Source of the DNA: Neoechinorhynchus agilis
Lineage: Eukaryota > Animalia > Acanthocephala
Direction: 5' to 3'
Length of the DNA stretch: 64,000 bases
Assembly (NCBI GenBank): GCA_051530055.1
Contig: CM121343.1
Span: 7,194,044-7,258,043 of the forward strand
Made by a program: the position numbers and the translations under genes. The notes beneath the pieces are model-generated. The model worked only from the letters and a program-made list of their open reading frames with translations, ran no database searches and was not told the DNA's origin. Below, piece after piece: positions 1 through 13,500 of the stretch (within the stretch, counting starts at the first letter, position 1; every line of letters starts with the position of its first letter).

Positions 1-465
1 TCTTCTCGGATATCATAACTTGAAATGAACCGGAGGAAAAACCGACCTTACAAGCACTCCTGCAAGCAATAAACTCCAATTCCCACCAGAACGGACATTC
101 CAACCCATCCGAATATTCTCAATCGAATGGATACATCCAAGCCCGAACGAACCGTCTCCGACTGGATAGTTCCTACCCGAATAGACATCCCTCCGATCAG
201 ATATTACCTCCCGAACGGACATCCATCGACTGCATATTCCCATATTAACGGATGAGGACCCAAAGGTACATTGGTTCTCCTAACCTTTCGTATTTTCAAC
301 CACCATCCTTCCTAACCTGATTGCATATTTTCCCGCCCGAGCGGACCTGTTATGGACTCCAAAATCAACTGCCACATTCATTAAAAAAAATCAGAATTCT
401 AGTGTTCATGAGGACCCAAAGGTACATGGGTTCTACTCTTTTGGCTTTGATAAAACGTTTTATTA
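1..465 (+). mobile_element. Two tandem 3' tails of a CR1/L2-like LINE family
   Basis: Homologous to 56845-57200 (-) and 49960-50120 (+). Conserved terminal motif GAGGACCCAAA(G)GTACA at 255 and 410, followed by aaaacg(t)tttattat. Confidence 0.7.
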
Positions 466-469
466 TATA

Positions 470-1498
470 ACCATGGAGGATGTCAAGGAAATATTAATTG
501 TCAACCACGTTGTTTTCTTGAAGTCCAAATCAATCGAAGTCCACGAATTAATGATATTATCGAATCAATTTAAGGCTTCAAAGTATTCAGCCGGGTAGAT
601 TTGCAATCTGCTTACCATCAGGTCAGGATAAGTGACGAAGAAATTTTTTTATCATAGGATTCGAAGCAGAAGACTGACTATTTCAGTTTCGCAGAATTCA
701 TTTCGGTCTAACGAACGTAATGGCTTACTTTCAGAGGATTGTCGATCAAGTGATTAAGAATTAAATTCTACAAGGAATATTCGCATATTTGGACGATGTT
801 ATCATTTGTGAAGTCAATCATAACTTGAAGTTGGCTAATTTTCTAGAAGCAACGGAAAGATTAAATATCCATCTCAATACGGCGGAGAGTGTCTTGAACG
901 TAACCGAAATAAGAATTCTCGGATGTGAAATCGTAAATGGCGAAGAGCGCCCGGATCCAGAGGGAGAGTTGCTGCGCTGAAGAACCTTCGCATGGCCGAT
1001 AACACCAAAGAGTTGAGAAGGGTACTAAGATTATTTTCACATTTCTTCAAATGGTTCAAAAACGTTTCGTCTCTGGTACATTCGCTCAGTCATTCGGATA
1101 CTTTTCCGCTGACTACAGATGCGAAGAACTCGTTCCGTACGCTGAGAAATGAGATCGTCCAATCCACATTAACATTGAATGATTTTCTGGAAGCTTTTAA
1201 CAGTCGAGACGGACGCGTCTTAATGGGCAATCGGAGCTGTTTTGACTCAGAAAGTACGACCCGTTGCTTGCTTTTCATGATTCTTTGAACTGCCGTGAGA
1301 TAAAGCAATCATTTGGCGAAAAAGAAATAAATGGCAATTTGAGAAATCTTAATCATTTGGAGACATTATCTACCGGGAAGGACATTTACTGTATTGGGCA
1401 ATCAACGATCGATATCGTACGTATTCAATGTCAATCATAAAAGTAAAATAAAAAGTAAGAAAGTCATCCGTTGGCGCCTAGAAATGTTGGAATTCAGA
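470..1498 (+). mobile_element. Decayed Ty3/Gypsy LTR-retrotransposon pol (RT + RNase H-like)
   Basis: Across frameshifts it reads DLQSAYHQVRI, AYLDDVII, PDPERVAALKNL..NTKELRRVL, WRHYLPGRTFTV..NQRSISYVF..KIKSKKVIRWRLEMLEF. Truncated by the satellite at 1499. Confidence 0.85.
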
Positions 1499-4400
1499 TG
1501 AAGTCTACCTCATTCCCTTCTATTGTTTCAACCTGTCCCCAAAATTTGAAGTAATTTATAGAATCCGATATTTTGGCACATTTGTGTACCTTTTTCAAGG
1601 TCCAAAATACACACCTAAGAAACGGATATTCACCTCTTAAGTAGCCAATGTATAATTCTCTATTCCCTTCTATTGTTTCAACCTGTCCCCAAAATTTGAA
1701 GTAATTTATAGAATCCGATATTTCGGCACATTTGTGTACCTTTTTCAAGGTCCAAAATACACACCTAGGAAACGGATATTCACACTCCTCTTAAGTTAAG
1801 CTTGAAGTCTACCTCATTCCCTTCTATTGTTTCAACCTGTCCCCAAAATTTGAAGTAATTTATAGAATCCGATATTTCGGCACATTTGTGTACCTTTTTC
1901 AAGGTCCAAAATACACACCTAGGAAACGGATATTCACACTCCTCTTAAGTTAAGCTTTCTAACCTCAATTCCCTTCTATTGTTTCAACCTGTCCCCAAAA
2001 TTTGAAGTAATTTATAGAATCCGATATTTCGGCAAACATTTTCTATCCAAAATACACACCAGGAAAGGATATTCACCTCCTTAAGAAGCTTGAAGTCTAC
2101 TCATTCTTCTATTGTTTCAACCTGTCCCCAAAATTTGAAGTAATTTAAGAATCCGATATTTCACATTTGTGTACCTTTATCAAGGTCCAAAATACACACC
2201 TAGGAAACGGATATTCACACTCCTCTTAAGTTAAGCTTGAAGTCTACCTCATTCCCTTCTATTGTTTCAACCTGTCCCCAAAATTTGAAGTAATTTATAG
2301 AATCCGATATTTCGGCACATTTGTGTACCTTTTTCAAGGTCCAAAATACACACCTAGGAAACGGATATTCACACTCCTCTTAAGTTAAGCTTGAAGTCTA
2401 CCTCATTCTCTTCTGTTTCAACCTGTCCCCAAAATTTGAAGAATTTATAGAATCCGATATTTCGGCACATTTGTGTACCTTTTTCAAGGTCCAAACACAC
2501 CTAGGAAACGGATATTCACACTCCTCTTAAGTTAAGCTTGAAGTCTACCTCATTCCCTTCTATTGTTTCAACCTGTCCCCAAAATTTGAAGTAATTTATA
2601 GAATCCGATATTTCGGCACATTTGTGTACCTTTTTCAAGGTCCAAAATACACACCTAGGAAACGGATATTCACACTCCTCTTAAGTTAAGCTTGAAGTCT
2701 ACCTCATTCCCTTCTATTGTTTCAACCTGTCCCCAAAATTTGAAGTAATTTATAGAATCCGATATTTCGGCACATTTGTGTACCTTTTCAAGGTCCAAAA
2801 TACACACCTAGGAAACGGATATTCACACCTCTTGTTGCTTGAAGTCTACCATTCCCTTCTATTGTTTCAACCGTCCCCAAAATTGAAGTAATTTATAATC
2901 CGATATTGGCATTTGTGTACCTTTTTCAAGGTCCAAAATACACACCTAGAAATGGATATTCACACTCTCTGTTAAGCTTGAAGTCTACCTCATTTTCTAT
3001 TGTTTCAACCTGTCCCCAAAATTTGAAGTAATTTATAGAATCCGATATTTCGGCACATTTGTGTACCTTTTTCAAGGTCCAAAATACACACCTAGGAAAC
3101 GGATATTCACACTCCTCTTAAGTTAAGCTTGAAGTCTACCTCATTCCCTTCTATTGTTTCAACCTGTCCCCAAAATTTGAAGTAATTTATAGAATCCGAT
3201 ATTTCGGCACATTTGTGTACCTTTTTCAAGGTCCAAAATACACACCTAGGAAATGGATATTCACACTCCTCTTAAGTTAAGCTTGAAGTCTACCTCATTC
3301 CCTTCTATTGTTTCAACCTGTCCCCAAAATTTGAAGTAATTTATAGAATCCGATATTTCGGCACATTTGTGTACCTTTTTCAAGGTCCAAAATACACACC
3401 TAGGAAACGGATATTCACACTCCTCTTAAGTTAAGCTTGAAGTCTACCTATTCCCTATTGTTTCAACCTGTCCCCAAAATTTGAAGTAATTTATAGAATC
3501 CGATATTTGCACATTGTGTACCTTTTAAGGTCCAAAATACACACCTAGGAAATGGATATTCACCTCTTAGTTAAGCTGAAGCTACCTCATTCCCTTCTAT
3601 TGTTTCAACCTGTCCCCAAAATTTGAAGTAATTTATAGAATCCGATATTTCGGCACATTTGGTACCTTTTTCAAGGTCCAAAATACACACCTAGGAAACG
3701 GATATTCACACTCCTCTTAAGTTAAGCTTGAAGTCTACCTCATTCCCTTCTATTGTTTCAACCTGTCCCCAAAATTTGAAGTAATTTATAGAATCCGATA
3801 TTTCGGCACATTTGTAAGGTCCAAATACACCAAAAACTCATTCCTATTTTTCAACTGTCATACATTTGTGTACCTTTTTCAAGGTCCAAAATACACACCT
3901 AGGAAACGGATATTCACACTTAAGTTAAGCTTGAAGTCTACCTCATTCCTTCTATTGTTTCAACCTGTCCCCAAAATTTGAAGTAATTTATAGAATCCGA
4001 TATTTCGGCACATTTGTGTACCTTTTTCAAGGTCCAAAATACACACCTAGGAAATGGATATTCACACTCCTCTTAAGTTAAGCTTGAAGTCTACCTCATT
4101 CCCTTCTATTGTTTCAACCTGTCCCCAAAATTTGAAGTAATTTATAGAATCCGATATTTCGGCACATTTGTGTACCTTTTTCAAGGTCCAAAATACACAC
4201 CTAGGAAACGGATATTCACACTCCTCTTAAGTTAAGCTTGAAGTCTACCTCATTCCCTTCTATTGTTTCAACCTGTCCCCAAAATTTGAAGTAATTTATA
4301 GAATGTGATATTTCGGCACATTTGTGTACCTTTTTCAAGGTCCAAAATACACACCTAGGAAACGGATATTCACACTCCTCTTAAGTTAAGCTTGAAGTCT

Positions 4401-4562
4401 ACCTCATTCCCTTCTATTGTTTCAACCTGTCCCAAAATTTGAAGTAATTTATAGAATGTGATATTTCGGCACATTTGTGTACCTTTTTCAAGGTCCAAAA
4501 TACACACCTAGGAAACGGATATTCACACTCCTCTTAAGTTAAGCTTGAAGTCTACTTCATTC
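1499..4562. repeat. 154-bp tandem satellite, about 20 copies
   Basis: Monomer gaagtctacctcattccc...ttaagttaagctt; starts at 2239/2393 and 4086/4240 are 154 bp apart. Some copies carry many indels. Confidence 0.97.
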
Positions 4563-7500
4563 CGTCGTCGGTGCTGGTATCATTGATATCTTCGGTGATG
4601 GTGCATCGGTATCGCCGGGTGTTGTGGCATCGGTGTGGTCGGTTTTGGTGGCATCAATGTCGTCGATTATCGTTACTTCAGTTCGTCTTGGTGTAGCATG
4701 GTGTCGTGGGGTGTGGTGTTATCAGTGTTGTCGGTTGTTGTGGCACCAGTATCGTCGGTGTTGGCTGCATCAGTGTCGTCGGTGCTGGTATCATTGATAT
4801 CTTCGGTGATGGTGGCATCGGCATCGCCGGGTGTGGTCGGTGGTGGTGACATCGGTGTCGTCGGTGGAGGTGGCATCGGTGTCGTCGGGGGAGGTGGCAT
4901 CGGTGTTGTCAGTGGTAGTATCATCGATGTCGCCGGTAGTGGCATCCGCCGTCGATTATCGTTATCTCAGTGTCGCCGGTGGTTGTTACATCGGTGTCGT
5001 CGGGTGTGGATGCATCAGTGTCGTCGGTGGTTGTGGGATTGGTGTCGTCGGGCGTGTTCGGCGGTGGTGGCATCGGTATCACCGAGTGTGGCTGCATCAG
5101 TGTGGTCGGTGGTTGTGACATCGGTGTCGTCGGTGGGGGTCGCATTACTGATGTCGATGGTGGTGGCATCGGTGTTGTAGGGGGTGGTGGCATCGGTCTT
5201 GTAGGGGGCTGTGGCATCGGTGCCGCCGGTAGAGATGACAACAGTGTCGTCGGTGGTTGTGGCATCGGTGTTGTCAGTGGTGGTGGCATACTTATGGTCG
5301 GTTGTGGTGGCATCGGTGTTTTAAGTGGTGGTGGCTTCGGTGTGGTCGGTGGTAGTGGAATCGATGATCTCAGAAGTGGTTGCATCGGTGTCGTCTGGGA
5401 TTTTATCGTCTATGTCGTCGGGGGGTTGTGGCATCTGTCGTCAAATATCGTTACTTCATTGTCGTCGGGTGTGGTTGCATCAGTTTCGTCGGTAATGGTG
5501 ACATCGGTGTCGTCGGTGGACGTGGCATCAGTGTCGTCGGTAGTGGTTGCATTGGTGTCATCGGGGTTTTTAATTGCATCGATATAATCGGGGGAGGTGG
5601 CATCTTTGTCGTCGGTCGTAGTGACATCGGTGTTGTCAGATGTTGTTGCATCGGTGTTGTCGGTTGTGTTTTGGTGGGTGCCGTCGGATGTGGTGGCATC
5701 AGTGCCGTCAGTGGTGGCATTGGTATCGTCGGTGGAGGTGGCATCGGTGTTGTCAGTGGTGGTGGCATCGGTGTCGTCGGGGTGTGGTGGGGACGGTGTC
5801 GTCGGTTGTTGTGGCATCGGTGTCGTCAGGGGTTTTGCATTGATGTGGTCCGGGGTGGTGGCATCAATGTCTTCGATTATCGTCACTTCAGTTTCGTCGG
5901 TGGTGGCATCAGTGTCGTCGGTGCTGGTACCATTGGTATCTTCGGTGATGGTGGCATCGGTATCGCCGGGTGTGGTAGCATCCGTGTGGTCGGTGGTGGT
6001 GACATCGGTGTCGTCGAAGCTTGTGGCATCGGCGTTGTCAGTGGTGGTGGTATCAGGGTCGTGGGTGGTGATCGTCCGTGCTGGTATCATTGGTATCTTC
6101 GGTGATGGTGGCATCGGTATCGCCGGGTGTTGTGGCATGAGTGTGGTCGGTGGTGGTGGCATCGGTGTCGTCGGTGGAAGTGGCATCGGTGTTGTCAGTG
6201 GTGGTGGTATCAGTGTCGTCGGTGGTAGTGGCGTCAGTGTCGTCGGTGCTGGTATCGTTGGTATCTTCGGTGATGGTGGCGTCGGTATCGCCGGGTCTGG
6301 TGGCATCGGTGTGGTCGGTTTTGGTGGCATTGGTGTCGTCGGTGGTTATATCGGTGTCGTCGGGTGGTGGCATAGGTTTGGTCGGCGCTGGTGGCATCGG
6401 TGTTGTAAGTGGTGGTGGTATCAATGTCGTCGGTGGTGGTGGCATCAGTGTTGTCGGTGCTGGTATCATTGGTATTTTTGGTTATGGTGGCATCGGTATC
6501 GCCGGGTGTGGTGGCATCAGTGTGGTCGGGGGTGGTGGCATCGGCGTTGTCAGTGGTGGTGGTATCAGGGTCGTGGGTGGTGATCGTCCGTGCTGGTATA
6601 TTTGGTATCTTCGGTGATGGTGGCATCGGTATCGCCGGGTGTTGTGGCATGAGTTTGGTCGGTGGTGGTGGCATCGGTGTCGTCGGTGGAAGTGGCATCG
6701 GTGTTGTCAGTGGTGGTGGTATCAGTGTCGTCGGTGGTAGTGGCGTCAGTGTCGTCGGTTCTGGTATCATTGGTATCTTCGGTGCTTGTGGCATCGGTGT
6801 TGTCAGTGGTGGTGGTATCAGTGTCGTCGGTGGTAGTGGCGTCAGTGTCGTCGGTGCTGGTATCGTTGGTATCTTCGGTGATGGTGGCGTCGGTATCGCC
6901 GGGTGTGGTGGCATCGGTGTGGTCGGTTTTGATGGTATTGGTGTCGTCGGTGGTTATATCGGTGTCGTCGGGTGGTGGCATAGGTTTGGTCGGCGCTGGT
7001 GGCATCGGTGTTGTAAGTGGTGGTGGTATCAATGTCGTCGGTGGTGGTGGCATCAGTGTTGTACGTGCTGGTATCATTGGTATCTTTGGTTATGGTGGCA
7101 TCGGTATCGCCGGGTGTGGTGGCATCAGTGTGGTCGGTGGTGGTGACATCGGTGTCGTCGGTGGAGGTGGCATCGGTGTTGTCAGTATTGGTGGTATCGG
7201 CTTCGTCGGGTGTGGTGGCATCAGTGTCGTCGGTGGAGGTGGCATCGGTGTTGTCAGTGGTGGTATCAGTGTCGTCGATGGTGGTGGCATCAGTGTTATC
7301 ACTGCTGGTATCATTGGTATCTTCACTGATGGTGGCACCGGTATCGCCGGGTGTGGTGGCATCATTGTGGTGGGTGGTGGTAACATCAGCGTCGTCGGTG
7401 GAGGTGGCATCGATGTTGCCACTATTGGTGGCATCGGTGTCGTCGGTTGTTGTGGCATCGGTGTCGTCAGGGGTTTTAGCATCGATGTTGTCGGGGGTGG

Positions 7501-10500
7501 TGGCATCAATGTCGTCGATTATCGTTACTTCAGTGTCGTCGGTGGTTGTAGCATCGGTGTCGTGGGGTGTGGTGTTATCAGTTTTGTCGGTTGTTGTGGC
7601 ACCAGTATCGTCGGTGCTGGTATCGTTGGTATCTTTGGTTATGGTGGCATCGGTATCGCCGGGTGTGGTGGCATCAGTGTGGTCGGTGGTGGTGACATCG
7701 GTGTCGTCGGGGGTGGTGGCATCGGCGTTGCCAGTGGTGGTGGTATCAGGGTCGTGGGTGGTTATCGTCCGTGCTGGTATCATTGGTATCTTCGGTGATG
7801 GTGGCATCGGTATCGGCGGGTGTTGTGGCATGAGTTTGGTCGGTGGTGGTGGCATCGGTGTCGTTGGTGGTTGTGGCATCGGTGTTGTCAGTGGTGGTGG
7901 TATCAGTGTCGTCGGTGGTAGTGGCGTCAGTGTCGTCGGTGCTGGTATCGTTGGTATCTTCGGTGATGGTGGCGTCGGTATCGCCGGGTGTGGTGGCATC
8001 GGTGTGGTCGGTTTCGGTGATATTGGTGTCGTCGGTGGTTATATCGGTGTCGTCGGTGATGGTACCGACGGTGTTGTAGGGGGTGGTGGCATCGGTATCG
8101 CCGGGTGTGGTGGCATCAGTATGGTCGGTGGTTGTGACATTGGTGTAATCGGTGGTAGTGGCATCGGTGTCGTCGGGGGTACTGGGGCCGGTCTCGTCGG
8201 TTGTTGTGGCATCGGTGTCCTCGGTTGAGGTGGAAATGGTGTTGTCAGTATTGGTGGGAACAGTGTCGTCGGTGGAGGAGGCATTAGTGTTGTCGGTGCT
8301 GGTATCATTGGTATCTTCGGTGATGGTGGCATCGGTATCGCCGGGTGTGGTGGCATCAGTGTGGTCGGTGGTTGTGACATCGGTGTGGACGGTGGAGGTT
8401 GCATCGGTGTTGTCAGTATTGGTGGCAACAGTATCGTCGTTGGAGGTGGCATCGGTGTTGTCAGTGGTGGTGGTATCAATGTCGTCGATGGTGGTGGCGT
8501 CAGTATCTTCGGTGCTGGTATGATTCATATCTTCGGTGATGGTGGCATCGGTATCGACGGGTGTGGTGCCATCAGTGTCGTCGGTTGTTGTGAAATCGGT
8601 GTCGTCGGTGGAAGTAGCATCGGTGTTGTGAGTGGTGGTGGCATCGGTGTTGTAGGGGGCGGTGGCATCGGTGTCGCCGGTAGAGATGGCATCAGTGTCG
8701 TCGGTGGTGGTATCATTGGTATCGTCGGTGGTTGTGGCATCGGTGTTGTCAGTGGTGGTGGTATCATTGTCGTCGGTGGTAGTGGCGTCAGTGTCGTCGG
8801 TGCTGGTATGATTCGTATCTTCGGTGATGGTGGCATCAGTATCGACGGGTGTGGTGGCATCAGTGTTGTCGGTGGTTGTGACATCGATGTCGTCGGTGGA
8901 AGTGGCATCGGTGTTGTCAGTGGTGGTGGCATCGATGTCGTCGGTAGTGGCAACCGCCGTCGATTATCGTTATCTCAGTATCGCCGGTGGTTGTTGCATC
9001 GGTGTCGTCGGGTGTGGATGCATCAGTGTCGTCGGGTGTGGATGCATCAGTGTCGTCGGTGGTTGTGGGATTGGTGTCGTCGGGTGTGGTGCCATTAGTG
9101 TCGTCGGTTCTGGTATCATCGGTTTCTTCGGCGGTGGTGGCATCGGTATCACCGAGTGTGGCTGCATCAGTGTGGTCGGTTGTTGTGACATCGGTGTCGT
9201 CGGTGGGGGTCGCATTACTGATGTCGATGGTTGTGGCATCAGTGTCGTCGGTGGTGGCATCGGTGTTGTAGGGGGTGGTGGCATCGGTCTTGTAGGGTGC
9301 TGTGGAATCGGTGCCGCCGGTAGAGATGACAACAGTGTCGTCGGTGGTTGTGGCATCGGTGTTGTCAGTGGTGGTGGCATACTTATGGTCGGTGGTGGTG
9401 GCATCGGTGTTTTAAGTGGTGGTGGCTTCGGTGTGGTCGGTGGTAGTGGAATCGATGATCTCAGAAGTGGTTGCATCGGTGTCGTCTTGGGATTTTATCG
9501 TCTAAGTCGTCAGGGGGTGGTGGCATCTGTCGTCAAATATCGTTACTTCATTGTCGTCGGGTGTGGTTGCATCAGTTTCGTCGGTAATGGTGACATCGGT
9601 GTTGTCGGTGGACGTGGCATCAGTGTCGTCGGTAGTGGTTGCATTGGTGTCATCGGGGTTGGTTGCATCGATATAATCGGGGGAGGTGGCATCTTTGTCG
9701 TCGGTCGTAGTGACATCGGTGTTGTCAGATGTTGTTGCATCGGTGTTGTCGGTTGTGTTTATGTGTGCCGTCGGATGTGGTGGCATCAGTGCCGTCAGTG
9801 GTGGCATTGGTATCGTCGGTGGAGGTGGCATCGGTGTTGTCAGTGGTGGTGGCATCGGTGTCGTCGGGTGTGGTGGCATCAGTTTCGTCGGTGGTGTAGA
9901 CATCGGTATTGTAGGGGGGTGGTGGCATCGGTGTCGTCGCTAGAGATGGCATCAGTGTCGTCGTTAGAGATGGCATCAGTTATGTAAGTTGTGACATCGG
10001 TGTCGTCGGGGTGTGGTGGGGACGGTGTCGTCGGTTGTTTTGGCATCGGTGTCGTCAGGGGTTTTGCATTGATGTGGTCCGGGGTGGTGGCATCAATGTC
10101 TTCGATTATCGTCACTTCAGTTTCGTCGGTGGAGGTTGCATCGGTGTCGTCGGTGGAAGTGGCATCGGTGTTGTCAGTGGTGGTGGCATCAGTGTTGTAG
10201 TGGTGGTGGCATCGGTATCGCCGGGTGTGGTGGCATCAGTGTGGTCCGTGGTTGTGACATTGGTGTAATCGTTGGTAGTGGCATCGGTGTCGTCAAGGGT
10301 GGTGGGGCCGGTCTCGTCGGTTGTTGTGGCATCGGTGTCGTCGGTTGAGCTGGCAATGGTGTTGTGAGTATTGGAGGCAACAGTGTCGTCGGTGGAGGTG
10401 GCATCAGTGTTGTCGGTGCTGGTATCATTGGTATCTTCGGTGGTTGTGGCATCGGTGTTGTCAGTGGTGGTGGTATCAGTGTCGTCGGTGGTAGTGGCGT

Positions 10501-13500
10501 CAGTGTCGTCGGTGCTGGTATGATTCGTATCTTCGGTGATGGTGGCATCGGTATCGACGGGTGTGGTGGCATCAGTGTCGTCGGTTGTTGTGACATCGGT
10601 GTCGTCGGTTGAAGTAGCATCGGTGTTGTCAGTGGTGGTGGCATCGGTGTTGTAGGGGGCGGTGGCATCGGTGTCGCCGGTAGAGATGGCATCAGTGTCG
10701 TCGGTGGTGGTATCATTGGTATCTTCGGTGGTAGTGGCGTCAGTGTCGTCGGTGCTGGTATGATTCGTATCTTCGGTGATGGTGGCATCAGTATCGACGG
10801 GTGTGGTGGCATCAGTGTCGTCGGTTGTTGTGACATCGGTGTCGTCGGTGGAAGTAGCATCGGTGTTGTCAGTGGTGGTGGCATCGGTGTTGTAGGGGCG
10901 GTGGCATCGGTGTCGCCGGTAGAGATGGCATCAGTGTCGTCGGTGGTGGTATCATTGGTATCTTCTGTGGTTGTGGCATCGGTGTTGTCAGTGGTGGTGG
11001 CATCGATGTCGTCGGTAGTGGCATCCGCCGTCGATTATCGTTATCTCAGTGTCGCCGGTGGTTGTTGCATCGGTGTCGTCGGGTGTGGATGCATCAGTGT
11101 CGTCGGGTGTGGATGCATCAGTGTCGTCGGTGGTTGTGGGATTGGTGTCGTCAGGTGTGGTGCCATTAGTGTCGTCGGTTCTGGTATCATCGGTTTCTTC
11201 GGCGGTGGTGGCATCGGTATCACCGAGTGTGGCTGCATCAGTGTGGTCGGTGGTTGTGACATCGGTGTCGTCGGTGGGGGTCGCATTACTGATGTCGATG
11301 GTTGTGGCATCAGTGTCGTCGGTGGTGGTGGCATCGGTGTTGTAGGGGGTGGTGGCATCGGTCTTGTAGGGGGCTGTGGCATCGGTGCCGCCGGTAGAGA
11401 TGACAACAGTGTCGTCGGTGGTTGTGGCATCGGTGTTGTCAGTGGTGGTGGCATACTTATGGTCGGTTGTGGTGGCATCGGTGTTTTAAGTGGTGGTGGC
11501 TTCGGTGTGGTCGGTGGTAGTGGAATCGATGATCTCAGAAGTGGTTGCATCGGTGTCGTCTGGGATTTTATCGTCTATGTCGTCGGGGGGTGGTGGCATC
11601 TGTCGTCAAATATCGTTACTTCATTGTCGTCGGTTGTGGTTGCATCAGTTTCGTCGGTAATGGTGACATCGGTGTTGTCGGTGGACGTGGCATCAGTGTC
11701 GTCGGTAGTGGTTGCATTGGTGTCATCGGGGTTGGTTGCATCGATATAATCGGGGGAGGTGGCATCTTTGTCGTCGGTCGTAGTGACATCGGTGTCGTCG
11801 GGGGTGGTGGCATCGGCGTTGTCAGTGGTGGTGGTATCAGGGTCGTCGGTGGTAGTGGCGTCAGTGTCGTCGGTGCTGGTATCGTTGGTATCTTCGGTGA
11901 TGGTGGCGTCGGTATCGCCGGGTGTGGTGGCATTGGTGTGGTCGGTGGTTGTGACATTGGTGTAATCGGTGGTAGTGGCATCGGTGTCGTCGGGGGTGCT
12001 GGGGCCGGTCTCGTCGGTTGTTGTGGCATCGGTGTCGTCGGTTGATGTGGAAATGGTGTTGTCAGTATTGGTGGCAACAGTGTCGTCGGTGGAGGTGGCA
12101 TCGGTGTTGTTAGTGGTGGTGGTATCAATGTCGTCGATGGTGGTGGCGTCAGTATCTTCGGTGGTGGTATCATTGGTATCTTCGGTGATGGTGGCATCGA
12201 TACCGCCGGGTTCGGTGGCATCAGTGTGGTCGGTGGTGGTGACATCGGTGTCGTCGGTGTCGTCAATGGAGGTGGCATCGGTGTCGTCAATGGAGGTGGC
12301 ATCGGTGTCGTCGGTTGTTGTGGCATCGGTGCCGTGAGCGGTTTTAGCATCAATGTCGTCGGGGTGGTGGCATCTATGTCGTCGATTATCGTTACTTCAG
12401 TGTCGTCGGTGGTTGTAGCATCGGTGTCGTGGGGTGTGGTATTATCAGTGTTGTCGGTGGTTGTGGCATCAGTATCGTCGGTGTTGGTTGCATCAGTGTC
12501 GTCGGTGCTGGTATCATTGATATCTTCGGTGATGGTGGCATCGGTTTCGTCGGGTATGGTGGCATCAGTGTGGTCAGTGGTGGCGACATCGGTGTCGTCG
12601 GTGGAGGTTGCATCGGTGTCGTCGGTGGAAGTGGCATCGGTGTTGTCAGTGGTGGTGGCATCAGTGTTGTAGGGGTGGTGGCATCGGTATCGCCGGGTGT
12701 GGTGGCATCAGTGTGGTCCGTGGTTGTGACATTGGTGTAATCGTTGGTAGTGGCATCGGTGTCGTCAAGGGTGGTGGGGCCGGTCTCGTCGGTTGTTGTG
12801 GCATCGGTGTCGTCGGTTGAGCTGGCAATGGTGTTGTGAGTATTGGAGGCAACAGTGTCGTCGGTGGAGGTGGCATCAGTGTTGTCGGTGCTGGTATCAT
12901 TGGTATCTTCGGTGGTTGTGGCATCGGTGTTGTCAGTGGTGGTGGTATCAGTGTCGTCGGTGGTAGTGGCGTCAGTGTCGTCGGTGCTGGTATGATTCGT
13001 ATCTTCGGTGATGGTGGCATCGGTATCGACGGGTGTGGTGGCATCAGTGTCGTCGGTTGTTGTGACATCGGTGTCGTCGGTGGAAGTAGCATCGGTGTTG
13101 TCAGTGGTGGTGGTGGCATCGGTGTTGTAGGGGGCGGTGGCATCGGTGTCGCCGGTAGAGATGGCATCAGTGTCGTCGGTGGTGGTATCATTGGTATCTT
13201 CGGTGGTAGTGGCGTCAGTGTCGTCGGTGCTGGTATGATTCGTATCTTCGGTGATGGTGGCATCAGTATCGACGGGTGTGGTGGCATCAGTGTTGTCGGT
13301 GGTTGTGACATCGGTGTCGTCGGTGGAAGTGGCATCGGTGTCGTCGGTTGTTGCGGCACCGGAGTCGTCAGGGCCTTTAGCATCGATGTCGTCGGGGGGG
13401 TGGCATCAGTGTCATCCATTATCGATACTCCAGTGTCGTCGGGGGTTGTAGCATCGGTGCCGTCGGATGTGGTGGCATCGGTGTCGTCGTGTGGTATGGC

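Noticed and set aside
975-1002. ctgaagaaccttcgcatggccgat as a hammerhead
   Set aside because: It lies in the Gypsy reading frame (ALKNLRMAD) and lacks GAAA and a proper stem II.
2030-3870. Indel-rich satellite monomers as a distinct subfamily
   Set aside because: Scattered single-base losses look like long-read consensus error.
1499-4562. CRISPR-like array
   Set aside because: Units are whole tandem copies with no unique spacers, in a eukaryotic context.
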